A stretch of 63,203 bases of DNA, the filler included, from Octopus bimaculoides (lineage: Eukaryota), in NCBI RefSeq assembly GCF_001194135.2. It is 5 parts of 5 records of this genome, joined end to end, with 100 filler letters (N's around TTAATTAATTAA, not from the genome) between each part and the next. Parts side by side here need not be neighbours in the genome. Positions count along the whole stretch, not along the records: positions 49,335 to 56,851 come from NC_068987.1; positions 56,952 to 63,203 come from NC_068982.1; 3 more parts are not named here. One strand, 5' to 3'. A program made the position numbers and the translations under genes. This document shows, one piece after another, positions 49,879-63,203 of the stretch; the stretch's first letter is position 1, and every line of letters starts with the position of its first letter. The notes under the pieces were generated by a model that saw only the letters and a program-made list of their open reading frames with translations, was not told the DNA's origin and made no database searches.

Positions 49879-50009
49879 GACATAATGATCCTCTCGCGAT
49901 ACAACACTACGAACAAGAACTAAAAAAATGACCGCAAAGGAGGAACAAGTTTTTATATATAATGTATTAGTGTCACGGTTAAAAGGCATGGGAAAAGGCT
50001 TTATATATT

Positions 50010-50041
<32 letters not shown>

Positions 50042-51384
50042 CATACACACACACATATATATACACATAAATATATAAATACATACACACATACATACAT
50101 ACCTACATATATATATATACATACATACATACATATGTATGCGTAGCGTTAAATTAAATAATAATATAAATAATATATATATNNNNNNNNNNNNNNNNNN
50201 NNNNNNNNNNNNNNNNNNNNNNNNNNNNNNNNNNNNNNNNNNNNNNNNNNNNNNNNNNNNNNNNNNNNNNNNNNNNNNNNNNNNNNNNNNNNNNNNNNNN
50301 NNNNNNNNNNNNNNNNNNNNNNNGCTCCAAGAAGCCATCGCCTCTAGCTAGCTATGTGACACACGAAACCTGTGTCCTTTATAACCTTCGAACAGGGGAG
50401 GTCAGCAGTGTCCCCCTGCTGGTTTGGCATCTGCAGACTAGACTAGTTTCAGGGTGTTGCCCCTTGTCAATGCAGAGTAGCCAAGCCTTAGCCAGGCGGC
50501 GCTGCTGACTATCTGCTCGAAGGTTATTTATCTAATTTCAGTGGAATCTATCCACTGGTTTTCAGAAATAGAGTTATTAATATTTCTAAGTCTCTCTAAA
50601 GGAGATATATATATATATATATATGCATATATGGGTACATGACGTCACCAACTGTGTAAACAGCATGGAGTACGAAAACAACCGTGTTAAATACGCAAAC
50701 AACGAGAGAAAAAATGGGAAGCAGGACAAGTAACACGAAGAACAACCCTTCATCAGTTGTCGGCTGTCTATCTACTCCTCATTTCGAGCATTCAACGACA
50801 TTGAGTCTTCGGAGACAGTTGCTCCCATAAATACCAAAATAAAATTTCGGATTTATGGAGGGGCAAAGTCGGGAACAAAAACAGGACAGTGGAGACATAC
50901 AAGGAAACCGAACGAAAACAGACATGGAGGGTCGTGTTGGTGTATGAGCAAAAGCAATTTCACTCCATTGTCGAAATACATTTGGAGTCTAAAATACAAT
51001 GAAGAAGCAACGGACACAATAAAAAATAGGGCAAACGGAGCAATTAAAGCATACAGTGTAACTTCTGGTATTTTATTGGGGCTCAGATACTGAAATTTAA
51101 CTATTTAATCTTAATACCATATGGTAACACAAACTTAAAATTTCAACTAAAAAATGAGATAAGCTACCCAAGCTGTTATTCCCTGAAAATTATGATGTTC
51201 ATGAAGTGAAGTGGAGGGAAAGTGAGCAAGAAGAGAAGGCAAGGAAATGTGAGCGAGGGGGGAACGAAAGAACGAAGAGTGGAATTAACGAATAAGGGTG
51301 AAGTGGCTGATATTCAGAAATAAAGTCGTACAAGATTTAGAAAAATGTTAGTGCTTTGTGTTGTCTTCTGCCTTGTCAGCTCCT

Positions 51385-51476
51385 GTCAAACCGTCCAACT
51401 CATGCCAGTATGGAAAACAGACGTTAAATGACGATGATGATGATGTTGATGATGTTGATGATGATGACGATGATGA
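51385..51476 (+). mobile_element. 3' end of the (GAT)n-tailed SINE/LINE family
   Basis: gtccaactcatgccagtatggaaaacagacgttaaatgacgatgatgat, the same family as 4043-4249. Confidence 0.7.
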
Positions 51477-52656
51477 AACATACATACATCCCTATACATA
51501 TATATATATATACGTATATATACGCAAATATACGTATATACACCCGTTGATAGTCACAAATAAAGAAATTATATATGCACCAATGCGGTGTTGAGCACTC
51601 ATTTCATCGTTCTACATTTACATACACTCCCAAATATATGTATATATGTGTGTGTGTGTGCGTGTGTGTACATGCATACATACGTACAAATATATGTGCA
51701 TGTGTATATGCGTTCGTGTTTAAGTTTTGGGACGGGTATGTATGTATGTATCTATGTATGTATGTATATGTGTTTATGCGCGTGTAAATGATTACAATGT
51801 TACACACATGTTGAAGAGGTCATCCCACAATTGGAATTGGATATTTATGATGTTGTTTAACGGTATATCCAGTAGTAAACATGGTATACACATACATACA
51901 TACAAACATACATATATGCGTACATACGTGCACACATCCGTCCGTCCGTCCGTCTGTACGTACATACATACATACATACATGCATATACATATATCTCCC
52001 CCCCCCACACACACACGCACTCATATATATACACTCATATAACGTATCCGATATCTTACGCGGAAATATTTTCTCTTAGTATAAAAGTTGCTCTGTTAGG
52101 CGTAAGATATCTTATCACAACCGGCCGGATGAAAAGCAATGTTCGGATCAAGCGATATTTGAACCTATTAACCTAAAATAATAAAAATTCGCGCTGTTTA
52201 GTAGTGCAAAATATGTATATGCGCACAAATATAGGAATGTGTATTCATGTATGTATATACCTATACGTATTTACTTTCACTGGGCTACACTCGATCACAC
52301 ACACGTGTGTGTATACATATACGTTTATTGCAAAATTCATTGAAGTTCTTATTTTAAAATTTGATGCTTATTTTAGAATAAACTTTTATTTAACTATGCC
52401 TATGTAATATACCAGTTACTACCAAAGAACGCAGATTTCATTCTCTTGATTTAATGCTAAGTTTTACCCTTGTTTTCTTTTTCTTTTTGTTTATTTTACT
52501 ATGTAAAATTAAGGATGGAGAATATAACGCGTTCAAATTATATTACACTGTGTAACACGATTTTTGTCCTTGGGTAGCAACTTATTTCCTATTTATTTAC
52601 CTCTAGAAAGTATGAAAAATGGCTAATATTTCTTTCAAACTTTGCTTTTGTTACAT

Positions 52657-52826
52657 TTATTCAAACCCCAAAGAATTCCTCTCAACACCTGGCTATGATG
52701 TTTCCCCACTACTCCTGCTCGTGATCAGAGATGCACCTATCATCAGCCATTAAGGGACATGCTCAAATGGTTAACGTCAAGCAACTGACAAGAAAATCTG
52801 TGGTATTGAGCAGAATATTTGCTATA
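52657..52826 (-). mobile_element. Internal fragment of repeat X
   Basis: Reverse complement of the aattctttggg...atctctgatcacgagcag segment. Confidence 0.8.
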
Positions 52827-53302
52827 ACGATATTTCAGCTTCAGCAACTCAACTTTGAATCTGTCTGAAATGCAACAGAAAATTACATTTCAAAACACTG
52901 AGGTTCAGGTCACAAAAACAAAGTCTGAAGGAAATAATTGTCATTTCCTTTTTTGATTTCTAGATAGAAGCAGTTAAGAAATAATACTTACTGACCAAAT
53001 ACAAAATAAATAAATATTTTTTTTTTACACAGTGTTATTTCACGAGTTTAAAAATAGCATGGAAAACAACCGAAATTGTCATATCAACCTTGCGTTAAGC
53101 TAGGTGGAGGAGGATCAAAGTCAATCAAAGTGAAACATAACATTGGTTTTACAAATATTTGAAGAGAGGACGAGTGCTTTGATGTTAAGGAATGTTACGG
53201 ACAACAGCCTGCGAGTGGCAACGATAAAGCATGGACCATTACTGAAGTGGACCGACGCAAAATAAAATGCAAAGATGTTGGCCATTCAAAAAGCGAATGG
53301 TC

Positions 53303-53630
53303 TATCGGCGATCTTTCGATACCAGTCCGAAATATCGGCCTTTTCCGTAAAAAGTGTCTTCGGCGATCTTTACCAAAGATCGGCCTTTTCCGTAAAAAGT
53401 GTTAGAGGGAAAGAGGGAAACGACGTCGTAAAAGCAAAAGAGATACAGAGAGCGCGATTTCTTTTGAAGGGTTTAGGGTTAAGGTTTGGGTTTTAGGGTT
53501 TGGGTTAGGGAATTCCGTCCCTAATCGTAACCGTAACCGTAACCCTAAACACTAACCCTAACCCTAACCCTAAAACTAACCCTAACACCCTAGTGAAGAT
53601 CGTGCGGGTGTTAGGGAAAAGGCCGATACT
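53303..53630. mobile_element. Inverted-repeat element containing opposed TTAGGG/CCCTAA arrays
   Basis: tatcggccttttcc (53333-53346) is inverted at 53615-53628. A degenerate (TTAGGG)n at about 53467-53510 is followed by (CCCTAA)n at about 53519-53592. Confidence 0.7.
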
Positions 53631-53835
53631 ATTTAATATAGCTTTCTTTGTTTTATTATGAGGTTTATTTTTGGTTCTTTCCTTTAATTCATTGAAAAAT
53701 AAAAATCCCTAGATCTGCAGATGAACAAGATTAGGTCTTCCGACTACTTCACCCCCACCCCATCATTCATCTCTCAGCGTTTGTAACAAAAAGTAGTTCG
53801 TGATCATTTTCGGTGTTGAAGATACGATATTCTTC

Positions 53836-53960
<125 letters not shown>

Positions 53961-54351
53961 TCTGTCTGTTTGTCTACCTACTAACAAATCTACGAGTCAG
54001 CCAGCGAGCAGACTCCTTAGAGAGTTGGATAGACTGCTTCATGGTAATCATTCCACTTCTCTGCGCTGTGAGTTCAAATCTTGCCGAGGTCAAACAAGCT
54101 TTTTCTCTTCTGTACTACAGTCGTTTCTCTAACTCTTTCTTTCTGTCTGTGTCTTTCTCTCCTCCTGAATGAAGAACTCAACTGAGTTTGAGCCTGAAGA
54201 AAGATAAACTCCGCCAAGTCTAAAAAAAAAAAAAGTGTCCTAAATACTTCGTAAGTTCACAACGGTGCACCTACGACACCACCAAAGAGTTAAGGGCCCA
54301 CAGCAAAGCAGAGAACTGTACATTTGATTCCTACATACGCAGTTCTCTGGG

Positions 54352-54692
54352 TTTTTTTTTACTTGTTTCAGTCATTTAACTGCGCCAATGCTGGAGCACC
54401 GCCTTTAGTCGAGCAAATCGACCCAAGGACTTATTCTTTGTAAGCCTAGTACTTATTCTATCGGTCTCTTTTGCCGAAACGTTAAGTGACAGGGACATAA
54501 ACACACCAGCATCGGTTGTCAAGCAATGCTTGGGGGACAAACTCAGAAACAAAAACACACACACACACACACATATATATACGATGGGCTTCTTTCAGTT
54601 TCCATCTACAAAATCCACTCACAAGGCTTTGGTCGGCCCGAGGCTATAGTAGAAGACACTTGCCCAAGATGCCACGCAGTGGGATTGAACCC
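54352..54692 (-). mobile_element. SINE-A lacking its A-box end
   Basis: Close match to 3274-3662 up to the B box. Confidence 0.9.
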
Positions 54693-55221
54693 GGTGGCAC
54701 CAGTAACTCTTGGGCTGGTACTGCCGTCACTGCCTTTAAGGATGAAAAAATAAAATTGACCTTGGCTTTGCGAATTCCAGTGGGAACGGTCGTAACTAAA
54801 CACCGCAAAATATTTGGCCTGACACATTAACGGTTCTGCGAAATCCTTATTAAAACACACTGGTTGTTGACAAAAGAGTGTGTGGTGTTGAGTTACTTGA
54901 AACATAGGCGAGAAAAACAGAAAAAATATAAATAAAAAGAAAAGAAAAACAGAAAGAGCAAAAGTGAAAAAGAAAGTCATCTATGAAGAGCTGTGTATGG
55001 TCTGAAGGCAAGGCTGCTATTTTATAGATTAAGGGTCGGAATGTTAATGGATGTATACGTGTATACACATAAAACTTCATGCATGTATACGGAGATATAT
55101 AGAGATACAAAGGAATGGCAGAGAAACACTCGTACATATACAGTACATATATACATAACTCTTGATAACTCTCATAGGTGCGTCTAAATGTGTACGTGCA
55201 TCTCTCTCTCTCTCTCTCCCG

Positions 55222-55293
<72 letters not shown>

Positions 55294-55525
55294 TGTTACG
55301 CATGTATGTACGTGTGTGTATATACATATGCAGGTTTGGCAGAATGAACTGGAGAACTACAACGCAACACATGAGTATATAATGTATGTATACTTTTAAT
55401 CATCTGAAAGCTGCAAGAGCGACTGAAGGCCCGGGTGTTCTTGGGTATGAGACTTGTCAAACTTAGACATTTGTCATGTATAAAATATTTGGCACTTAAG
55501 TCACTTTTCTAACTTTCTGGTGTAT

Positions 55526-55573
<48 letters not shown>

Positions 55574-55582
55574 TATAGGCGC

Positions 55583-55685
55583 AGGAGTGGCTGTGTGGTG
55601 AGTACTTGCTTACCAACCACATGGTTTCGGGTTCAGTCTCACTGGGTGACACCTTGCCCAAGTGTCTTCTCCTATAGCCTCGGGC
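55583..55685 (+). mobile_element. SINE-A head running into a gap
   Basis: ggagtggctgtgtggtgag...gggttcagtctc...cccaagtgtcttctcctatagcctcgggc. Confidence 0.85.
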
Positions 55686-56633
55686 NNNNNNNNNNNNNNN
55701 NNNNNNNNNNNNNNNNNNNNNNNNNNNNNNNNNNNNNNNNNNNNNNNNNNNNNNNNNNNNNNNNNNNNNNNNNNNNNNNNNNNNNNNNNNNNNNNNNNNN
55801 NNNNNNNNNNNNNNNNNNNNNNNNNNNNNNNNNNNNNNNNNNNNNNNNNNNNNNNNNNNNNNNNNNNNNNNNNNNNNNNNNNNNNNNNNNNNNNNNNNNN
55901 NNNNNNNNNNNNNNNNNNNNNNNNNNNNNNNNNNNNNNNNNNNNNNNNNNNNNNNNNNNNNNNNNNNNNNNNNNNNNNNNNNNNNNNNNNNNNNNNNNNN
56001 NNNNNNNNNNNNNNNNNNNNNNNNNNNNNNNNNNNNNNNNNNNNNNNNNNNNNNNNNNNNNNNNNNNNNNNNNNNNNNNNNNNNNNATATATATATATAT
56101 ATATATATATATACAAAGAGAAAGAGAGAGAGAGAGAATAGATAGATAGATAAAATGATGTATATATCTACGTTTACACAAACACAGATACACTCAGAAA
56201 TGAGGGATCAAGAAGACAAAACAGTTTATCATTGTGGGGAGAAGATGTAATCTCTACCAGACGTAACACTATAAAATCTTATTTACTTTTGGTTATGATA
56301 CAAAACACACACACACACACACACGCGCGCGAGCATATACACATATACACACTCATGCTTCCGCGCACACTATATACATACATACATATATATATGCGTT
56401 ATAAATATATACGTGTACACGTGCAACTACATACATATATATACATATATACATACATGCATTTATACACGTACACATATCAAATATATAGTCACACATT
56501 CATGTATGTGTGTGTGAGCGTATGTATTTCTTCCCTCTATTTTCGCTCAAGTTTTCTTTCACATCAACAAAATCTTGATTCTCTACTTCACATAAACAAG
56601 CACCGATGTAATCCCCTACACACACACACACAT

Positions 56634-56666
<33 letters not shown>

Positions 56667-56951
56667 CACACACACACAGAGGCTCATCAGAATGAACATG
56701 CACACGCAAAAACAGCTGAGACAGGACAAAAGGCCGAAATGCATCTGGCGCGCCTACTGGCTGCTTTTGGGGCGAATTTTCATCTGATATTTATTGTTTT
56801 AACACAGCAAGTCCGATAAAGATATTGCTTCAGGATAAATATTACGGTAACNNNNNNNNNNNNNNNNNNNNNNNNNNNNNNNNNNNNNNNNNNNNTTAAT
56901 TAATTAANNNNNNNNNNNNNNNNNNNNNNNNNNNNNNNNNNNNNNNNNNNN

Positions 56952-57001
<50 letters not shown>

Positions 57002-57648
57002 GCGCACACACACATATATACACACATATACATGCATAGAATTAATGTCAGGAATCAGAATTATATAAAAATATTCCTGTAAAATAATGTTTTACGCGTT
57101 CAATTCTATTGAAGACAACATTTGCAGAAAAATGCATAGGAGAAAAATACCCTTCCTAAAGAAAATATGCTCTCTACTACGGGCCGTGAGAGACGACATT
57201 ATATCGTACGACGCACACGCTTCTGTGTCGTTTCTGGTCACCAGCTACGAAAACTAGCTCATTCATCACTACCCAGTAAGTGCAAAGTTATAATCAAGAA
57301 AAAAGCAGACGGATTGTCTGTTTGGTATGCCAATGGGTTACATACACCCGGAATAAAATGACTAATGTTGCACAGCTTAATCTTGTTGTAGGTGTTTTTA
57401 TAACTGGCTAATACACACACACACACACATACACACACACACACGCACGCACGCACNNNNNNNNNNNNNNNNNNNNNNNNNNNNNNNNNNNNNNNNNNNN
57501 NNNNNNNNNNNNNNNNNNNNNNNNNNNNNNNNNNNNNNNNNNNNNNNNNNNNNNNNNNNNNNNNNNNNNNNNNNNNNNNNNNNNNNNNNNNNNNNNNNNN
57601 NNNNNNNNNNNNCACACACACACACATATGTATATATGAGCAACAATT

Positions 57649-57855
57649 ATATCCAAAGTTAATGCAGTACGATAGCTTCATGCAACTCCATTTAATTGAG
57701 CAATGTGAACATTACATCAGATGTAAAATGCGGAGTAATCCTCAGCTGCACAAAGATATACAAATTTAATGAAATTACATTTGATGTAATGTTGTTCACA
57801 TTGCTTAATTAAATGGAGTCGCATGAAACGATCGTACTGCATTAACTTTGGATAT
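57649..57855. mobile_element. Foldback MITE-like element with about 78-bp inverted arms
   Basis: 57649-57726 is the reverse complement of 57775-57855, with a few substitutions and one 3-bp indel. The spacer is 48 bp. The ends are compatible with a TA TSD. Confidence 0.85.
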
Positions 57856-58063
57856 CCTTGTTGATTATTTTGATTTAATAACCTTTTTTTGAAAACTGTA
57901 TGGATAATACTATAGTTATTTCTAGTGCCTAAACTTAAGTACCATATTCACCTAAATCTATCTATCTACCTATATCTATCCATCTTCGTATCTACGTATC
58001 TTCTATGTATGTATGTATGTATGTATGTATTTATGTATGTATGTATGTATGTATGTATGTATG

Positions 58064-58102
<39 letters not shown>

Positions 58103-58794
58103 NNNNNNNNNNNNNNNNNNNNNNNNNNNNNNNNNNNNNNNNNNNNNNNNNNNNNNNNNNNNNNNNNNNNNNNNNNNNNNNNNNNNNNNNNNNNNNNNNN
58201 NNNNNNNNNNNNNNNNNNNNNNNNNNNNNNNNNNNNNNNNNNNNNNNNNNNNNNNNNNNNNNNNNNNNNNNNNNNNNNNNNNNNNNNNNNNNNNNNNNNN
58301 NNNNNNNNNNNNNNNNNNNNNNNNNNNNNNNNNNNNNNNNNNNNNNNNNNNNNNNNNNNNNNNNNNNNNNNNNNNNNNNNNNNNNNNNNNNNNNNNNNNN
58401 NNNNNNNNNNNNNNNNNNNNNNNNNNNNNNNNNNNNNNNNNNNNNNNNNNNNNNNNNNNNNNNNNNNNNNNNNNNNNNNNNNNNNNNNNNNNNNNNNNNN
58501 NNNNNNNNNNNNNNNNNNNNNNNNNNNNNNNNNNNNNNNNNNNNNNNNNNNNNNNNNNNNNNNNNNNNNNNNNNNNNNNNNNNNNNNNNNNNNNNNNNNN
58601 NNNNNNNNNNNNNNNNNNNNNNNNNNNNNNNNNNNNNNNNNNNNNNNNNNNNNNNATCATATTCGGTATATTACATCTACGTAAAGAATAAAACTGAATG
58701 GGAATATTTTTAGTGATAGAGAACGAGTTAGAGGATGGTATATATCTGGTAAGAGGTTTACATTATTTTGTTGCTGAATTTTTCTTCTTTCTCG

Positions 58795-59012
58795 TTTTCT
58801 TCTTTTATTTGTTGGAGCACAATCTTTAGTGGAGCAAATCGACCCCATGACTTATTCTTTGTAAACCTAGTACTTATTCTATAGTTTCTGTTGACGAACC
58901 GCTAGGTTATATGGACGTAAACACACCAGCATCAGTTGTCAAGCGATGTTGGGGGACAAACACAGACACACAAATACACACACACGCATACACACACGTA
59001 CACCCACACATT

Positions 59013-59043
<31 letters not shown>

Positions 59044-59195
59044 CGAAGGGATTCTTCCATCTACCAAATCCACTCACAAGGCTTTGGTCGGCCCGAGGCT
59101 ATAGCAGAAGACACTTGCCGAAGTTGCAAAGCAGTGGGACTGAACCCGGAAGCATGTGGTTAGTAAGCAAGCTACTTACCACACAGCCCCTCCTG
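58795..59195 (-). mobile_element. SINE-A, nearly full length, with internal (CA)n(TA)n
   Basis: Head, CORE domain and tail all match 3274-3662. Confidence 0.9.
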
Positions 59196-61284
59196 CTGAG
59201 ATTACGTGCTGAATGTTAACAAAAATAACCACAAGCAACCTCGTGATGTGAAGTATATTCTTTAAGGTAACGTTTCGCGTATTACGAAACGTTTCCTTTA
59301 AACATGTAATACGTTATTTACAGCTCATGATTTATTTCTTGAATCTGGTATAGAAGTTATATATGGCCGAGCATATTTAATTATAATATTTCTTATATTG
59401 AATGCAGAATCACTGATATAGAGTTGCCGATCAAGAATGCTTAATGTAGAAGCCAATATTCCTGCAGTACCACATGGTTTCAGATTTACTCCCAGCAGAT
59501 ACTTTACTTTCACCATTAACCATATTCAATCGTCTAGCCAGGTCGATATTTATGAGTTAAAACTAAAATAACTGCATTTATATATCAATATAAGTGAATG
59601 CTTCAGAATTTGTACGATTCTTTGAACAAGAGCAAATGTTAACATTCTTGAAGCAGTAAATATCAAAAAAAATATTTAAACATTTACGGGAAACTTCATT
59701 GTATTATCTCTTATATCATTATGGCGTTCCAAAACGAATTTTCAAAAACTATATTTGCTTACATTCGAAGACAATATGCAACTTGAAATGACCTTTCAAA
59801 CATAAATGTAATACGTCATGACATTTCAAATCTTCACACATTTTGCCAGTTTAGTAAAATATGTAATCAAATAATTTCAGAATATTGTTTCAAATTCGCA
59901 ATTTTTTAAACATATACAGCGACACGAAAATATATTAGAAATATTCAGTACATTTTCGGTGGAATCTGGTGTACATTCCAATATATCACCAAGCTGAGCG
60001 TTTCCAGACGGATCCTTCATTCTAAAAGACAATATTGTAATGCTTGTGAATTTTAGCTCAGTGAATGGGCGTTCATCGACGTTCTAATCCTGGTGTAATT
60101 AAGACTATAACGCCTGAATATGTTGCTGCATAAAAATGTATAGCAGTAGGTAGAGAAACAGCCTACCTAGATAGACTGAGAAAGGACGCCTGAGCCTAGT
60201 ATTTAAGTGATGTCGTAGGTCTAAACTTTATGGGGGAACAATCAAAGGGGGAATTACTAAAGTCATAAATGTGCACCTGACAGTGTTACGATATACACAG
60301 ATAAGAACGAGGAGCATAGAAAGTTTATTGATGTTTGAATAATAACATTAATTGACGGAATAGGTGACTTCTTTGTTAAGACAATTTGTTTTGCGAGCTA
60401 TTTAAGATTGATCAGTCATCTTACTTCTCTTCATACACCCAAGGATTTAAATACGCGATGATAAAGCACCCTCCCATCCGTGGCAAATGCACTGTATTGT
60501 ATCTAACACTTGTTATTTGTAAATGGTTGGTATCTAGTATGGAGCAAATTATCTTCTTTATTTGACGAAATTATATTGATACATAAATGCAGTTATTTTC
60601 TTTGAGATAGCAAATCTTGTTTCTTTTAGGGATGTTTTTGCTTGCAGAAACTCTCATTTATAGTGATTAGTATTCGCTGTAGTCGTGAGTATTGCCATTA
60701 CAGCTTTATCAGATAAAAAGATTCTAGAAATGAAAAGTGTGCCTTGAAATTTAAAATGATTGAAGCCTTTGGTTGAGGCGCTTTGAAGAGGAAGGTGAGA
60801 CTTCCATTGTCATATGCGTTGGCATTCTAGGGTTGCTTTTCACCAAGTAAGTACATGTTTCGTTTGGTGCGTCGTGAGTTTATGCGAAAGACGGTTCCTT
60901 ATGAATGTGTAAACAAAAAATAAGGCAAGAGTTATTTGCGAACGGCTGACGAAATAAATCACTGAGTTATAAAGTGGTAGACGCTGATACGCACTAGAAA
61001 CGATGTGAGTTCGTAAATGACCAAATACATGTTGTATAACCCATGCACGTACATATACACACACATATATATATATTCATTCGCACTCCTATATATGTGT
61101 TTTCAGTGTATGTATGTATGTGTGCATGCATCTACACATGCCTATACATATACACACGCACACACATATAAATATGTCCACACGCTTATACAGGCATCTA
61201 ACAATGGTGATAATGATAAGGTAATAGGAGTTTAACATTTTTGCATATGCCGAAAAATGTTGCGAAGAAGGCAAGTGAATTACT

Positions 61285-61390
61285 TCCTCCCCAGTGCTTA
61301 ATTGGTGTTTGTGTTATCGACCACAAAAAGATGGAATTCAAAGTTGACCTCACCAGGACTTGAACTCAGAACATAAAGACAAACGAAAGG
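61285..61390 (-). mobile_element. Diverged SINE-B fragment
   Basis: ttatcgacc...aaagttgacctc...ttgaactcagaacataaagac. Confidence 0.7.
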
Positions 61391-63039
61391 ATGAAAAGCA
61401 AAGCAGATCTCAAGATGTTATGCCCGGCTTTGCAAATAATTTTTGCTGCTCGGCGGCCCCCGTCTTAACATTCATATTAAATCTGTAGCTCATTGTTAGC
61501 GTCAGCCATAGTTGTGGTTGCTCAGTTCTTTTATTCTAAATAGCGTTTGTTACTACAATAGAAAAATAATCAATTTCAAACAACAATGTGCGTTGCCTGG
61601 GGTTGTTATATCTTTAATTTACCATTTACAGGTTTGGATAGGGATTCTTATGATGCAGATTTCAAAGTCAGTACTCTCCTGCAAAATATCCAAACTTTGC
61701 GATTTAGTCGCAATGCAAATATGAGTGACATATTTGTCGCCTATGACATTTCGCTGTAGCATCGGTTAAATGGATTACAAAGTTATTTTAATCTTGAAAC
61801 CCAGACCTGAACACAAATTGAGCATCAATAGATATGAGAAAATATGAAAGAATATAAACATATCCGAAAGCGCTTAGACTTTGTATATATGTTTGTGTGT
61901 GTGTGTGTGTTTGGAAACAGCATAGGAAAATCTGCATTTTGTGGTCAACTTTATTGCGTTTGCGTCTCTGTGGTACTGAATAATGCAAATGAAAATCAAG
62001 ATATTTCGATAATTTGGTTAATTGAAGTAAGAAGCGTTCATAAAGTATTAGAACATCTTCGGTTGCAAAGGAACAGGAATTACAAATATGTACGGAAGTG
62101 AACCTGAATGAAAAGGATGCAAGAAAATCTAGAGAAACTGAAGATAATTATTGATGGAGTTTTAATAATTTAGGCCGTACTATAACGCATGCAAATAACA
62201 TTCGGAGAAATTCTTAGGTAAGATCAATATGCTTGTTATTCTGTTTGAATATCATTCATTCGACGACTGCAAGACATAGATGTGTAGGGAGAATTTTCAA
62301 ACTAATTGACGATCACAGAAAGAGATTCCAATCGATGTGATTAGAGTGGGACGTATGTAGAGATACTCATTACTAACGGCGAGAAAGAAGGGTGTAGAGG
62401 GAGGTCCAACGTCAATGCGGTGCAGTTAGCTGAGCTTGTCTGTAATAAAAGAAATGCAAAAGTTAGAGTGGAGAAGCATAGCGTAGGAATATATGAGGTA
62501 CAAGTTAAAATATGTTATCTAATCAGACGGATTGTTCATTTTCTTGTGACGTCTATAATGCTTATACATGTAGTAGCATGATTTCATTGTGCACCGGGAG
62601 TAAATAAAAGAAAATTGATTCTTAGGATATGTAGTATTTGCTTTCAAGTATGATATTCTTAAACTACAAAATTTTGTGCTGAGTAAGGAATAATCTACAT
62701 CGAGTATTTAGTAAATAATTCGTTCGGAAATATTTATAAATTCAAACACAATAAGCAACAGAAGAAGACTGAAGGGTTAAACATGCCAAACTTCCATGTT
62801 AATAAACAGTCAATATTAGGGTAGTTATACAAATATATAAATAATAATAATAATAATCAACACCGGAGTTTCGGAACAGCGATATATAAGTGAATAGTGT
62901 AGAGTTACACAGGTATAGAGATAAAACAGGAGAATATGCAGAGAAACCTATACACACATATATATATATATGTACATATATGTATGGAAATATGTATCCA
63001 TATATATATATATATATATATATAGTGTAGTATATTGCC

Positions 63040-63203
63040 ACTTAAGTGTGGCTGACCCCTAGGGGTGGATGTTACTGTTGCTTTTAGCCCCAGGAGGACA
63101 TCTCCTCCAGCTGGCTTATCGACACACGACTGTGTCCTGTTTGCCAAGGGAGTTATCCCTCTCACCGCGACCAGCAGCACGAACGTATCCGGATTTCAGG
63201 GTT
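63040..63203. repeat. GC-rich unclassified sequence at the window edge, probably a mobile element end
   Basis: Abrupt GC shift after (TA)n. No family could be assigned. Confidence 0.3.

Noticed and set aside
51350-51437. Signal-peptide-like mini-ORF MLVLCVVFCLVSSCQT
   Set aside because: It runs into the (GAT)n-tailed SINE end, stops after 28 codons and has no donor site.
53467-53592. Ancestral telomere-telomere fusion site
   Set aside because: The arrays are very short and enclosed by element-like inverted repeats, so a mobile element is more parsimonious.
59325-59516. GPCR TM3 (DRQLYI resembling DRY) or an LRR fragment
   Set aside because: It is a single weak motif with no adjacent TM segments and a stop immediately upstream.

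Overview
AT-rich eukaryotic genomic DNA with many gaps and dense microsatellites. The repeat content suggests an octopod cephalopod; this is inferred from the SINE types and not verified. No rRNA, true tRNA gene or CRISPR array is supported. One host gene model is reasonably supported: a two-exon, 190-aa orphan protein with a signal peptide and one transmembrane helix (2451-2532 joined to 6878-7368). The rest is mostly mobile DNA: at least four tRNA-derived SINE families, a decayed Penelope-like element (PLE), several R4/Dong-type RLE LINE fragments mostly at (TAA)n, a mariner remnant, a foldback MITE and a satellite with a 172-bp higher-order repeat. Two systems stand out. (1) A composite element made of a tRNA-Arg-like head, (TAA)n and a tail carrying a minimal type I hammerhead ribozyme. 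It occurs at two loci, each time as an inverted head-to-head pair flanked by a 12-13 bp target-site duplication (TSD), and looks like a Penelope-mobilised SINE or retrozyme. (2) A 2.1-kb element encoding only an L1/Tx1-like ORF1, inserted with a 15-bp TSD between the A and B boxes of a SINE tRNA head. Four 100-bp spacers (44 N + TTAATTAATTAA + 44 N) are artificial joins, so adjacency across them is not reliable.
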